Below are positions 12,475 through 25,779 of a stretch of DNA of 64,000 nucleotides, piece after piece (position 1 is the first letter of the stretch; each line of letters starts with the position of its first letter). The DNA is from Cetorhinus maximus. Taxonomy: Eukaryota. The translations under genes and the position numbers were made by a program. Under the pieces are notes generated by a model that searched no databases, had not been told where the DNA came from, and saw only the letters and a list, made by a program, of their open reading frames with translations. Location: the NCBI RefSeq assembly GCF_964194155.1, contig NC_135901.1, positions 3,348,001 to 3,412,000 of the forward strand. Direction: 5' to 3'.

Positions 12475-14695
12475 CAGGATCACAGAATAGTTACAGCACA
12501 GAAGGAGGTCATTCAGCCCCTCATGTCTGTTCTGGCTCTCTTAAGGAGCCATCCATCGTGTGCCACTCCCCTGCCTTCTCCCTGTAGCCCCGCACATTCT
12601 TCTTTTCCAAACAATACTATAATTTCCTCTTGAATGCCTCGATGGAATCTGCCTCCACTGCACTCTCAGGCAGTGCATTCCAGAGTATAAACACTGGCTG
12701 TGTGAAAATGTTTTTCCCCATGTCTCCATTGCTTCTTTCTGTATTTCCCCTCAATCTGTGCCCTCTTGACTCTCCATCCTCCCACCAATGAGAGCAGCTT
12801 CTCCCTGTTCACTCTGTCCAGGCCCCTCATGACTTTGAACACCTCTATCAAATCTTCTCTCAACCTTCTCTTCTCCAAGGAGAACAGTCTGGACTTCTCT
12901 AATCTATCTTTGTAACTGGTTGCAAGGATGAGGGGCTTCATTCTCATGAATCTTTTCTGCACTCTCTCTAATGCCTTCACATCCTTCCCAAAGTGTGGTG
13001 CCCAGAAATGGACCCAGTCAAGGCCGAACCAGTTTTGAATACAAATTTAACATAACAACCTTGCTATTGTACTCAATGTCCCTATTAATAAAGCCCAGGA
13101 TACTGTGTGCTTTATGAACTGCTTTCTCAACCTGCCCTGCCACTTCAATGATTTATGCACATAAACATCCAGGTCTCTCTGTTCCTGTACCAACTTTAGA
13201 CTTGTATTCTTTCTTTTCTGTTGTCTCCCAGTGTTCTTCTGACCAAAATGAATGATGGCACACTTCTCTGCATTAAATTTCATCTGCCGCTTGTCCACCC
13301 TGTCTATGTTCTTTTGAAGTTCCACACTATCGTCCTCACAGTTCATAATGCTTACAAGTTTTGCAATGTTTGAGAATTTTAAAACTGTGCCCTGTACACC
13401 AAGGTGTAGATCATTAATCTTTTCTCAGGAATAGCAGAGCTCCTAATGCTGATCCTTGGGGAACTCCACTATAAATCTTCATCCAGTCCAAAAAACAACT
13501 ATTAACCACGCCTCTTTGTTTCCAGGTGCTCAGCCAATTCCGCATCCATGTTGTTACTGTCCCTTTGATCACATGAGCTAGAACTTTTCTCACAGATCTG
13601 TTGTGCGGCACTTTATCAAACACCTTTTGGAAGTCCATCTACACCACATAAACAGAAATACCCTCATCACCCCTCTCTGATACCTCATCAAAGGTCTCAA
13701 GGAAGTTAGATCAGCTGGTCCCGAAAAAGTGTCATATCGGACTCGAAACATTAATCTGTTTCTCGCTCTGCAGATGCTGTCTGACTTGCTGAGTTTTTAC
13801 AGCACTTTCTGTTTTTATTTTAGATAAACATGATTCACCATTATCAATTTTGTCTTGAATTATTATTTCTAGAAGCTTCCACACCACAGAAGTTAAACAG
13901 ATGGGCCTGTAGTTGCTGAGCTTATCTTGATACCCTGTCTGAACAAGGGTGGAACATTTGCAGTTCTCCAGTCCTCTAAGTCGAGTCTAAGGAAGACTGA
14001 AAAGTTATGGCCAGTGCCTCAGCAATTCCCACTCTCATTTCCCTATCTGTGGATGGAAACCATCCTGGTACCTTGTCTATCTTTCAGTACAGACAGCTTA
14101 TCCAATGTCTCATCAATTTTAAACCCTTCAAGGGTCTCAACTATCTCCTTTTTCATCATGACCTGTGCAACGTCTTTTTCTTTGGTAACGGCAGGTGCAA
14201 ATTGTTAGTTTAATACCTCAGCTATGCCCCCTGCCTCCATGTGTAAATCACTTTGTGGTCCCTAATCAGCCCCACCCATACCTTTATCACCCTTTACCTA
14301 GTTGTATGCCTAGAGAAGACATTTAAATTTTTAAGTTACCTGCCAATCTCTTTTCATACTCTCTCTTTGCTTCTCTTAATTGCTTTTCCAATTCTGCTTT
14401 GAACTTTTTTTATCCAGCTTGGTTCTATTTTACACCTGACATCTGCAAGCTGCACATTTTTTCTTCTTCATCTTAATCTCTGTCGTTTTTGTCATCGTGA
14501 GAGCTCTGGACTTTTTCCCCCTATCTTTTGCCTTGTGGGAATAAACCTTGACTGTGTCTAAACTACTTCTTTTTCAAAGGCAGCCAATTTTTCAGTTCCA
14601 GTTTCACCTGTCAACCTTTGATTCTAACTTAACTGGGTCAGATCCATTCTTACCCCACGGAAATTGGCTTTCCCCCAGTTCATTATTCTCATACT
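12475..14695 (-). mobile_element. Decayed CR1 LINE, with an internal Penelope-end fragment (~13715-13820), inserted into a ZNF exon
   Basis: MDFQKVFDKVPH, SGVPQGSALG, RVQKRF motifs; ZNF 5'-exon sequence on both sides (12440-12471 and from 14700). Confidence 0.85.
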
Positions 14696-14699
14696 TAAC

Positions 14700-15010
14700 T
14701 GAAACCTTTGCCTACAGACAAACTGTTTCACTTCCACATTCAAACTTTGATGATATTCAGGTCCTGATTAATCAGGTGAATCTGTCAGATGTTGACGTGA
14801 TGTTTGGATTGAGTTTTCCGTCTGTCAATCCTCCACTTCCAGCGCCCCGTAAATTTACAATAACCGTCACTATAAATCCAGGATAGAAACTGAGAAGGGA
14901 CAAACATTTCTCTTGATTTGAGTTTGCTGTGTGTAAATCTTCCCCTTCTAATCCCCTGTAAAAGGAGTTTCCAAAATCCATCAATGTCAGTCCAGGAAAT
15001 AAATGCACAA
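14700..15010 (-). pseudogene. Relic ZNF 5' exon with tandem acceptor modules, finger array missing
   Basis: Minus strand ttttacag|gggattagaaggggaagattt at ~14958 and a decayed copy at ~14850; homologous to 11100-11300. Confidence 0.7.
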
Positions 15011-15044
15011 CATTCTCTCCTTCTGCTGACAGAGACATGGATGA

Positions 15045-15525
15045 TCACGCATACGCCCTGCTGGACAAGATGGCGGCCGTTAACCCGGGTGTCTCACCTA
15101 GGGACGCGGATCGGGGCAACTGCCGCCCACAGATACCAGCGAGGAACCGGTAGCTTGTTATTCTGGCTTCAGAACGGCTCAAGGTATTTACGAAACCTGC
15201 CCGTCCACCGGCCGGCTGCATATCTCCCTCAATTCCGCCCTTTATCTTACTGGCTGCAGACCTGACAAACAAACAGCTTTCCTTCGTCCTCACACACTGC
15301 GCATGCTCCAAACACGAGGCGGGACTGCACCTGCGCTCTGATGTCCAGCTCCAGCAGCCACACTGCACATGCAAACGTCACAATGTCCAGGTAATTGACG
15401 GCAGCTCCGGACCATTGGTGGGAGGGGGCGGGACTACAGGATCAAGGGGGTGCGGTTGGCCCTCCAACCAATCGGAGTGAATGAGGGGCGGGGTTGAGCG
15501 CGGGTCTCCCTCATTGGCTGAAACT
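15045..15525 (-). promoter_or_regulatory. CpG-rich promoter (cassette B type)
   Basis: YY1 consensus caagatggcggc 15066-15077, NRF1-like tgcgcatgc ~15298, GC boxes ~15425 and ~15486, several CCAAT/ATTGG. Confidence 0.75.
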
Positions 15526-15919
15526 CTGCATCATTTTGAAAACTGATTTGTCTCAAACTCCAGGAGAAAACTGGACTTTTCTGTTTGTGGCTTTAAACAG
15601 ATGAAACCCTGTGGGTGTGGTGCAAATATTTCAACATTTATTACTGAAATTTGGGAACATGGTGAAACGAGGCACAAACTTAAAGGAATAACTGGGCACA
15701 CAGGGAATGTCACCACAGCAAGGGAAGTCCTTGGTTTCAATAAATGAGCAGGCAGGAGGGTTTAGGACAGGTTAGGGAGATGATTAATACTGTCATCATT
15801 CAGAACAACACGGAATGTAAAGGAAAAACTGATCTCAAAGACAATCTGTTGTAATATGTATGAAGGGAATGTGCTGAAACAGGTTTAAAGGAGTTAGATA
15901 TGTTTTCTATATTGCACAA

Positions 15920-16250
15920 TCACATCAAAGCTTCACAGATGAGACATGAAAGCCCTCGACATTAATCATGACAAGTGGGAAGCTAACTGATGATTGATGC
16001 AATTGGAAACACCAGCTGTGGGCAGGAGTTCACCACCACAGCGACATGTGGTTTCAGAAACTCCAACACAGACAATCAAGGTGTCAGCAGAGATCATCCC
16101 ACAATAGGAGTAAGGAATACCTTCATACGGGGCACTTTTGCCTTTACAGTATCGGCTTGTTCAGCCATCAGATGGAGTGCAGCAAATCATCTCATCTGAT
16201 CTCACCAAGGTTCTGAGGCTGTATTCCCATCATCTCTCACAGATGAATGG
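15920..16250 (+). mobile_element. RTE-type LINE 3' fragment
   Basis: Decayed ..DMKALDINHDKWEA, resembling the RTE ORF C-terminus. Confidence 0.5.
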
Positions 16251-17466
16251 ATGCTAAACATATGGGACAATCACATTAAAATCTGGAACTCAGATGGGAA
16301 TATGGATTGGTGTTAGGTGGGAAGATCTGGATCAATGTCTTACTCCAGGAAGACTTAAAATCAAAGTGACAGTATTTCAGAACTGATTCCTGTGATATCA
16401 GTGATCCCATTGCTCGTAAGACCGATGGAAGTATTTAGTGGAGACAGTAGCATGTTGGAAGATGCTGTACAGAAGGTTTTCTAAACTAACTGAGGATAAT
16501 AGTGAGGGGAAAGGAAGGGATCTGGAAAAAAAGACTCTTTGTGTTGTTACAAAGGACATTGGACCTTCCACTTGGTTTGACACACACACACACACACACC
16601 CACATGGGTACACTTCCTATCGATCAGGTGGACCAAGTTTTGCCTCACACCGCCAACCCGACTACTGACTAGGACTGGGGATAAAGTATCAGTGTCTGTA
16701 AGGACCAAAGTGTTATAGAAATTCAAGTAAACATTACGCTCCAGGAACTCAAAGCAGTTTTGACTATCTAATTCCAGCACTTTCTCTGAACCTTAATCTA
16801 TAATGGACAACATCTTGAACAGAAGCAATAACAAAAAGTTAAGCCATCAATGGATATTGAGCGGTCTATGGCCACCCTGGTGATCAGCCCTGGTGGGAGA
16901 TTTTAGACAATACAGGACATCTTTGCATAATCGCAGCCCCTACTTTCCTATCGGTATTACAGATAAACCCCCTTATATTGATGGTCTGGGTGAAGGTCAG
17001 GCCACAGAGCAGAATGGATGAAAAGATGGCTCCAAACTCCCTGTAAATCTAACCCTCTGAATTCTGTTTTGTAGCCATCTTTCCATCCATTCTGCTGCCT
17101 GGCCCTTCACACCACACAGCCTGATCTTGATTACCCTGTAGGTTGTACACACTGTTATGGATAACAAGCTGGTTACAAAACAGAAAACAGAGAGAAGAGG
17201 TTAAGCAAAGTGACTCAGACTGGTAAAAGATGGGGATTGATGCTCCACAGGAAGAAATGCTGGGGCCACTGTTATTCACAATTTACATAAACAATTTGGA
17301 CTCAGAAATCAGAAACCCAATTTTAAAATTTGGGAGCAGAATTTCAGTAAATCACAGATAAGAATTCCCAGTTAACAAAACTTTGTTGCACAATTCATTA
17401 AATCTTTAATTCAGTAGCAGAGTGTACAATGACACGAGGAAGTGATGAACTGATTTATTTATGAAT

Positions 17467-18048
17467 TGTTGTGGTGTCTTTGATGAACGGACCACAGGAG
17501 ACTCGGGTACAGGTTACGATCGTTTATTCGAGCAATTGCAAGGAGGGCACCATCTCAATGTAGCTTGAGAAAGTACTCTGCTAAACTACAACTGTTCATC
17601 ATATTTATACATTATTGGTCACGTACAAGAACAATTTCCAGATTTCAATCTCGTCAACATATAGGTTTACATTAAACAGACAAGTCTTTGGTACAAAAGT
17701 ACATGCATCATCTGACCCCACCTTCACCCAGGCAGAGACCTGCCTTCCTATCTAAGCTGGAACCATCTGTCCTTCCCCTATCTGTTGAAGAGCACACTTA
17801 ATCTGTTATTGCCATCCTCTGACTCCAGCCTAACTCCCAAAACTCCCAATCTATCATATTTACATTCTTCTTCGTCTAATATGGCCTTGCTGATGCTCGC
17901 AAGCCCTGAGAATGTGCAAGGTTCAGCATTCTCTCTGTCCCAGCCTGAACTTTAAATGTTAACTACTTAGCAATTGTGGTTTTGCATGCTGGGATATGTT
18001 AAGTCAAGTCCCTTGACCATTACTGTATTCCTTTATTTCCCTCTAATA
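17467..18048 (-). mobile_element. Solo LTR (582 bp)
   Basis: Starts TGTTG, ends TAATA (CA mutated), flanked by 5-bp direct repeat tgaat (17462-17466 and 18049-18053); tttatt ~17523 is AATAAA on the minus strand. Confidence 0.7.
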
Positions 18049-19024
18049 TGAATTAATTGATTACCAAATTGGGAAGTACAGTTAATACTGAGGAAGACTG
18101 CAACAAAATCCTAGGATCTAACACACACACATCAATATAACAGGGAATTCTTGAAAACACGGTGCAGGTCCTTCTTTATCTGGAGATCAGATGTCTGTTG
18201 TATCATTGTCCCAGTAGTTAAAAGGATCATGTGAATTCCTCCATGTGTTATTTCAATGCAGACTTTACACTATTTATTTTTAACTATGTCTCACTTTTTA
18301 AAGGTGCTATGTCAACACAAGTTGTTGTTGACATTGGTTTAAAGTAGTGGACTCAGGACTGTCACTAATAAACCTTAAAAACTTCACAGAATAATCACCA
18401 CAGTCATTTTTAAACTGGAGACTTATTCCTGCCATTTCAGTTTCAGTCAGGAACAGAGCACAGTTTTACATCAATCTCTGATTTAAAAGCACGTTCCCAG
18501 ACTGCCTGACTGAGGTTGAACAACCACAGTTGTAAAGGAACCTTCTGCTCTGTGCCTAGGAGCTTTGAACCACGATGGTTCCAAACAGAAATCAGAGGGT
18601 TAGATTTACAGGGAGTTTATATTTTTCCATCCATTTTTCTTTGTGAGCTTGGACTCCACACAGCCTGACCTTGGTCATCTTTAGGCTGTATGTACTGCAT
18701 AGAAGTGGCTGTGACACATTTCTTACACACCTCAGGACTCACCCACATATGGGTTTTGCTGTCAGTGAAGAGAGATGAGAAAGACCAAAGTGTCATTTGT
18801 CCCTCTCAGTGTGACCCAGAAGGACTGTGTCCAGGCTAAAGTTCTGTTCCTGCCATATGATCCTCCCTCAGATTGTCCTTTCTGAGCTCCAGCCAGGTGA
18901 TGTTAAACACTCAGGTGGGAAAGACAAAATTGTACAACAATGTGTGAAAAACAAAGTTTGACATGCTATGTGACATTTATCCGGAATATTAAGCAGCAGC
19001 CCATTGATATGGTTTATTAACTTA

Positions 19025-20975
19025 TATACGAACATACGAATTAAGAGCAGGAGTAGGGCACTTGGCCCCTCGGACTTGTTCTGCCATTCAATAAGATCAT
19101 GGCTGATCTGATTGTAATCTCAATTACACATTCCTGCCGACCCAATAACCTTTCACCCCTTGCTTATCAAGAATCTATCTACCTCCGCCTTAAAGATATT
19201 CAAAGACTCTGCCTCAACTGCCTTTTGAGGAAGAGAATTCCAAAGTTTCACAACCCTATGAGAGAAAAAAATAATTCCTCATCTCTTTCTTAAACGGGCG
19301 ACCCCTTAAGCAGTGGCCCCTAGTTCAAGATTCTCTCAGAAGAGAAAACATCCTTTCCACATCTACCTTGACAAGGCCCCTCATAAGCTTATGTGTTTCA
19401 ATCAAGTTGCCTCTTACCCGTCTAAACTCCAACAGATACAAGCCTAGTCTGTCCAACCTTTCCTCATAAGACAACCTGCCTATTCCTGGTATTGATCTAC
19501 TAAACCTTCGCTGAACTGCTTCCAATGCATTTACATCCTTCCTTAAATAAGGTGACCAATACTACACACAGTACTCCAGATGTGGGCTCACCAGTGCCCT
19601 GTATAACTGAAGCATAACCTCCCTACTCTTGTATTCAATTCCCCTCACAATGAAAGATAACATTCTTTCAGTTTTGCTTGTTGCACCTGCATGCTAATAT
19701 TTTGCGATTCATGCACCAGGGCACCCAGATCCTTCTGAATCTCAGAGCTCTGTAATCTCTCACCATTTGAATAGTATGCTCCTTTTTTTATTCTTCCTGC
19801 CAAAATGGACATTGTCACATTTTCCCACATTATACTCCATTTGCCAGATCTTTGCTCACTCACCTAACTTGTTTGGATCCTTTTGTAGGCTCCTTATGTC
19901 CTCTTCACAATTTATTTTCCTACCTGTGTGTCATCAGCAAATTTAACAACCGTACCATCGGTTCCTTCATCCAGATCATTTATATTAAATTGTAAAGAGT
20001 TGAGGTCCCAGCACTGATCCTTGTGGCACACCACTCATCACATCCTGCTAACCAGAAAAAGACCCATTTATGCCTACTCTCTTCTTCCTGTTAGCTAGCT
20101 AATCTTCTATTCATGTCAATATGTTAGCCCCTACACCATGAGATTTCATTTTCCGCAATAACCTTTAATGAGGCACCTTATCAAATGCCTTCTGGAAATA
20201 TAGGTACAGTACATCCACCAGTTCTCCTTTATCCACGGCACCTATTACTTCTTCAAAGGGCCCAAATAAATTGGTTAAACATGATTTCCCTCTCACAAAA
20301 CCTTGTTGACTCTGCCTGATTACCTTGAATTTATCTAAGTGCCCTGTTATAATGCTTCTAACATTTTCCCTATGACAGAAGTTAAGCTAACTGGCCTATA
20401 GTTTTCTACTCTCTGTCTCCCTCCCTTTTTGAATAAAGGAGTTACATTTTCTCTTTTCCTATCTGACGGAACCTTCTCCAAATCTAATGAATTTTGGAAA
20501 ATTAAAACCAATGCATCAACCATCTCACTAGCCACTTCTTTTAAGACCTGAGGATCTATCAGGACAGGGGGACTTGTCAGCCCGCAGCTCCAACAATTTG
20601 CTCAATACCACTTCCCTGGTGACTGTAATTTTCTTGAGTTCCTCCCTCCCTTCCAATTCCTGATTTACAGCCATTTCTGGCAAGTTACTTGTACCCTCTA
20701 TAGTGAAGACGATGCAAAATACCTCTTCAATTAATCTGCCATCTCCTTATTTTCCATTAATAACTCCCCAGATTCACTTTCTATAGGAGCAACCTTCACT
20801 TTGTTAACACTTCTCATTTTTAAATATCAATATTTACTCTTACTATCTGACTTTATATTTCTAACTAGCTTTCTCTCATATTCGAATTTTTCCCTCTTTA
20901 TTAATCTTTCAGTCATCCTCTTCTTTTTTAAAATTCTGTCCCATCTTCTGAGCTGCCACCCATCTTTGCACAATT
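19025..20975 (-). mobile_element. CR1 LINE inserted in the 3'UTR of the 21 kb ZNF gene
   Basis: NYRPVSLTSVIGKMLE, AVQRRFSR..LSYEERLDRLGL; conserved ZNF 3'UTR breaks at ~20978 and resumes at ~19022-18945. Confidence 0.9.
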
Positions 20976-21070
20976 ATATTTCAGCAGAAACAAACTCCAG
21001 CTGTCAGAATGAAAGAATTCAATCCTGAACAGGATTAACAGCAACAGTAACCAGATTTCAATCCCCAGAG

Positions 21071-21913
21071 TCACTTGTGAACTCGCTGATGTGTCAGCAG
21101 GGTGGATGACTGAGTGAATCCCTTCCCACACACAGAGCAGGTGAATGCCCTCTCCCCAGTGTGAACTCGTTGGTGTGTCAGCAGATCCTTTTCACTTTTA
21201 AAGGTCTTCTCACACTCAGAACATTTAAAAGGTCTCTGATCAGTATGAACAAGTTGATGTGTCAGAAGGTGGGATGACCGAATGAATCCTTTTCCACACA
21301 CAGAACATGTGAATGGCCTCTCGCCAGTGTGAACTCGCTGATGTGTCAACAGGTCAGATGAATTGGTGTATCCCTTCCCGCACATGGAGCAGGTGAATGG
21401 CCTCTCCCCAGTGTGAATTCGCTGGTGTGTCAGTAGTTTGGAAGGCCGATTAAATCCCTTCCCACAGATAAAGCAGGTGTATGGGCTCTCCCCAGTGTGA
21501 ATTCTCTGGTGATTCAGAAGCCTGGATAATCGGTTAAATCCCTCTCCACACAAGGAGCAGATGAACGGTCTCTCCCTCGTGTGAATGCGTTGGTGTGTCA
21601 GCAGGTAGGATGACTGAGTGAATCCCTTCCCGCACATAGAGCAGGTGAACGGCCTGTCTCCACTGTGAGTTTGCTGGTGCCTCTGAAAGTTTGATGAATG
21701 GCCGATTGCCTTCCCACACACGGAGCAGATGACTGAACTCTGCTCAGTGTGAATATGCTGGTGTCTCAGAAGGTTGGATGAACTAGTGAATCCCTTCCCA
21801 CACACGGAGCAGGTGAACGGCCTCTCCCCAGTGTGACTGCGTTGATGAATTTCCAGCTTTGATGGGGAACCAAATCCCTTCCCACAGTCCCCGCATTTCC
21901 ATGGTTTCTCCAT
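21071..21913 (-). CDS. C2H2 zinc-finger protein, 10 fingers, type B
   Basis: Open frame MEKPWKC...HQRVHK*; in-frame upstream ATG at 21940; usual acceptor module replaced by LINE sequence from ~22140. Confidence 0.88.
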   Translation of the reverse strand: MEKPWKCGDCGKGFGSPSKLEIHQRSHTGERPFTCSVCGKGFTSSSNLLRHQHIHTEQSSVICSVCGKAIGHSSNFQRHQQTHSGDRPFTCSMCGKGFTQSSYLLTHQRIHTRERPFICSLCGEGFNRLSRLLNHQRIHTGESPYTCFICGKGFNRPSKLLTHQRIHTGERPFTCSMCGKGYTNSSDLLTHQRVHTGERPFTCSVCGKGFIRSSHLLTHQLVHTDQRPFKCSECEKTFKSEKDLLTHQRVHTGERAFTCSVCGKGFTQSSTLLTHQRVHK

Positions 21914-22479
21914 GGTGCCAGTGTCCTCGTGGCTGTCCATGTTGGATGGTCAGACCAAACCTCGTACACAGTTTATCCCCGCTGTGAATGATTAGATGTT
22001 TTTTCAAGCTGTGCAATTGGTTAAAACATTTCTCCTTCTACATTTAAGGTTCAATGATATCCAGCACCTGATGTATTGAGTGAATCTGTCAGATTTTGAC
22101 GTGATTTTTGGTTTGAGTTTCCTGTCAGCAAATCTTCCTGTTCACCTCCTTGAACTGCTGTAGTCCATGTGGTGTCGGCGCTGTTAGGAAGGGAGTTCCA
22201 GGATTTCGACCCAGCGACAATGAAGGAATGTCAATATATTCCCAAGTCTGACTTATGATGGAAAAAAGGTTATTGATAAAGCAGCTGAAGATGGTTGGGC
22301 CCAGGATACTGTCCTGAGGAATTCCTGCAGCGATGTCCTAGGATTGCGATAACAAAGAATTTTTAAAAATTAAACTGATAAATGTTAAATTGTGTTATTG
22401 GTAAAAGAGATATTCATTTAATTTTTCAGAGATGGCTGATTCCCCAGGGGTTCACTCTGACTCCCCTGACTGACTGACT

Positions 22480-23064
22480 CAGGATCCAGTCCTCAATCCC
22501 CCCCGATTGGTGACTGAACTCGCTGCTCCTTTGCTTCTCCGGCCTCTGAGCTCCTCTTGCTGTTGTTTCCCAGGACAGTCAATGCCCGCTCTCCAACATG
22601 ACCCTGTCAGATGGAGTTCAGGGGCGCAGAGGGAGAAAAGAAAATGAGGCGGTGAATCTGAGTTGGGAGAAACAAGGAGAGAAACAGGATTCAATGGAGA
22701 AACTGAGCGGGGGGCGAGCGCAGCCTCAGGAGCAGCGAGTGCGGCTCTCAGAGGCCGAATGAGAGCGGCCGGGCCCGGCGGCCGTGCGGTGATCTCCCCG
22801 GGCTGGGGGCTGAGGGTCGGGGCTGCCCATTAAAGCGATGCTGCAGCACCTCCCCCATCCTCGCCGCCGCTTCCCGGTTTCTTCTCCCGTTTCCACCGAG
22901 TTCGACTCACAACAAAGGAGCCGCCCAGAATGCCCCGCGGCTGGCCCTGGGGAGCATGCGCACTCTCAGCGCCTGGGGAAAGGAGCGAGTTGGATAGAGC
23001 GGTTTCTGGGGCGCGGGGATTTGTGGGAGGGATGGCCACCATTAATGAGCAGCTGCAGGTAAGT
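22480..23064 (+). promoter_or_regulatory. CpG island/first exon, cassette A copy 1, probably bidirectional
   Basis: GC-rich; ZNF143-like gcccagaatgccccgcg 22923-22939; NRF1-like gcatgcgca; donor CAG|GTAAGT at 23059; lies between divergent ZNF loci. Confidence 0.8.
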
Positions 23065-23489
23065 GTTTTTCTGCATCCTGGCAAAAACTCAACAGAATGG
23101 AATTCTTTCTCGGTTCTCTCTGCACATATTCTGTTTAAACAACATAATATTTCCGGTATTTGCCTCAGGATTGGAGTTGGATGCCCTTGCCTGTCCCTGG
23201 CCTCCTGAGTGGACCTTTATTGTTGTATCAGTTTCAAAAGGAATGGGGATGGGGGAGAATCTTCTGTGTAGTTTTCAGCCCAGTTAAGCCTCAAAATTCC
23301 CAATGTGTGGACTGCCAGGGGAGATAGATTCCTCTGGGATGTTCGGTTGCTAAACAGACACAGCCCCTACAAAGTAAACAAGTATTCTCTTCAGAGCAAT
23401 AATTTCAGTAAAGGCTTTTAATTCATTTCCATTTAGTTTTTCAAATTAATTCTTGTGGTGTGGGCTTCTGCCAGCAAGGCCAGCAAATA

Positions 23490-24200
23490 TAGCGGATGAG
23501 TGCAACTCCAGTTACACTCGAGAAGCTTGGCAACATCCAGGACAGAGCAGCCTGCGTGATTGACACTCCACCGACCAGCTTAAATATCCACTCCCACCAC
23601 CACCGTTGCAGAGTGGCAACAATGTGTATCATCTATGAGATGCACTGCAGCAACTCGCTAAGTTTTGTTCGACAGCACCTTCAAACACACGACTTTTATC
23701 ACCTAGAAGGACAAGGCCTGCAGACTCATGGAACACCGCCACCTGCAATTTTCCCTATAAGCCACTCACCATCTTGACGTGGAACTATATCACCGTTCCT
23801 TCACTATCAGCTGATCAAAATCCTGGAACTCCTTTCCAGCAGCAGTGTAGTGTGCCTACACTACATAGACTGCAGCAGCTCAAGAAGGTGGCTCTCCACC
23901 ACCTTCTCAAGGGCAATTAGTGATGGGCAATAAATGCTGGCCTCGCCAGCAATGCCCACATCCTGTGAAATCCAACCTGCTCCACACGAAGCTGATTGTG
24001 GGCCTTCTTATCCACAGCAGTCCTTGTGCTGAAGGTACTTTGACAATGCTGTTAGGTAAGGGATTGCAGGATTTTCGCCCAGCAATGATGTCCAAGTCAG
24101 GTTGGTGTGTGTGACTTGAAATGAACATAAAGGTTTCCACATGCACCTGCTGTTATTGTCTTTAAAGTGGGTGGAAGTCACAGTTTTAGGAGGTCATGTC
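23490..24200. mobile_element. 3' fragments of a second CR1/L2-group LINE family (SINE partner)
   Basis: MSATPVTLEKLGNIQDRAACVI; tail gggcaattag..gggcaataaatgctggcc..cccacatcc. Confidence 0.8.
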
Positions 24201-24521
24201 TAAGTTCTTGTCGACATGTCAATGCATAAGACCCCTCTCCTTCAGTATCATTCCCACGCCACAGCCCTAAAACTTCTACCTCTCTATCTGCTTCTGCTGA
24301 GGCCACAGTCTTATTTTAGGTCAATATTGGGTGGCAGGTTCCCTACCCTGATGGACATCAATGACCTAGTTAGGTTTTACAATCCAACAGTTTTCATGGT
24401 CACTTTTTCCTCGTGTTGGTTCCACAAATGACTAAATTTATTCAGTTCAGTTTCATCACCTATCTGTGCTTTTGTGCGTTCTCCCTCACTCCCTTTGCCC
24501 TTTTTTAAATTCATTTTACAG

Positions 24522-25446
<925 letters not shown>

Positions 25447-25779
25447 TGTGGAGACTGGAATCTGCTGTTAATCTCAGGCAGGATTGAACCACGTTCCTTG
25501 TGAGAATCAGGGTTTGTCTCGGATGGTAATAATCCCATCATTGGGCTTGAGTTTAATATTCTGTTTGAATGTGGAATAAATCAACTTTGGTTTAAACACA
25601 TTGTTGTAGATTTTTGTCTTTCTCAATTGAGTGTTTAGCATCATCTGGCTGGAGTTCAGAAAGGACAATCTGGGGGAAATGCATAGGGCTTCAACCTGGA
25701 CACAGTCCAGCAGCACGATGACCATCCACATCAAGTCCCTGTTGGTTAAAATCAAGCACAAGCGTTTATTCCCCATGTA

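Noticed and set aside
16250-17000. Possible retroviral or host coding remnant, also 55200-55800 and 57000-58250
   Set aside because: No motif I can support by eye; needs a translated search
22898-22910. Pol III B box (gagttcgactc) in cassette A
   Set aside because: Not conserved in the other two copies (gagtccgactc, gagtgcgactc)
22830-23208. ORFs on both strands of cassette A, also at 46400-46720 and 60329-60822
   Set aside because: GC-rich shadow ORFs; indels between copies break frames and no domain is recognisable
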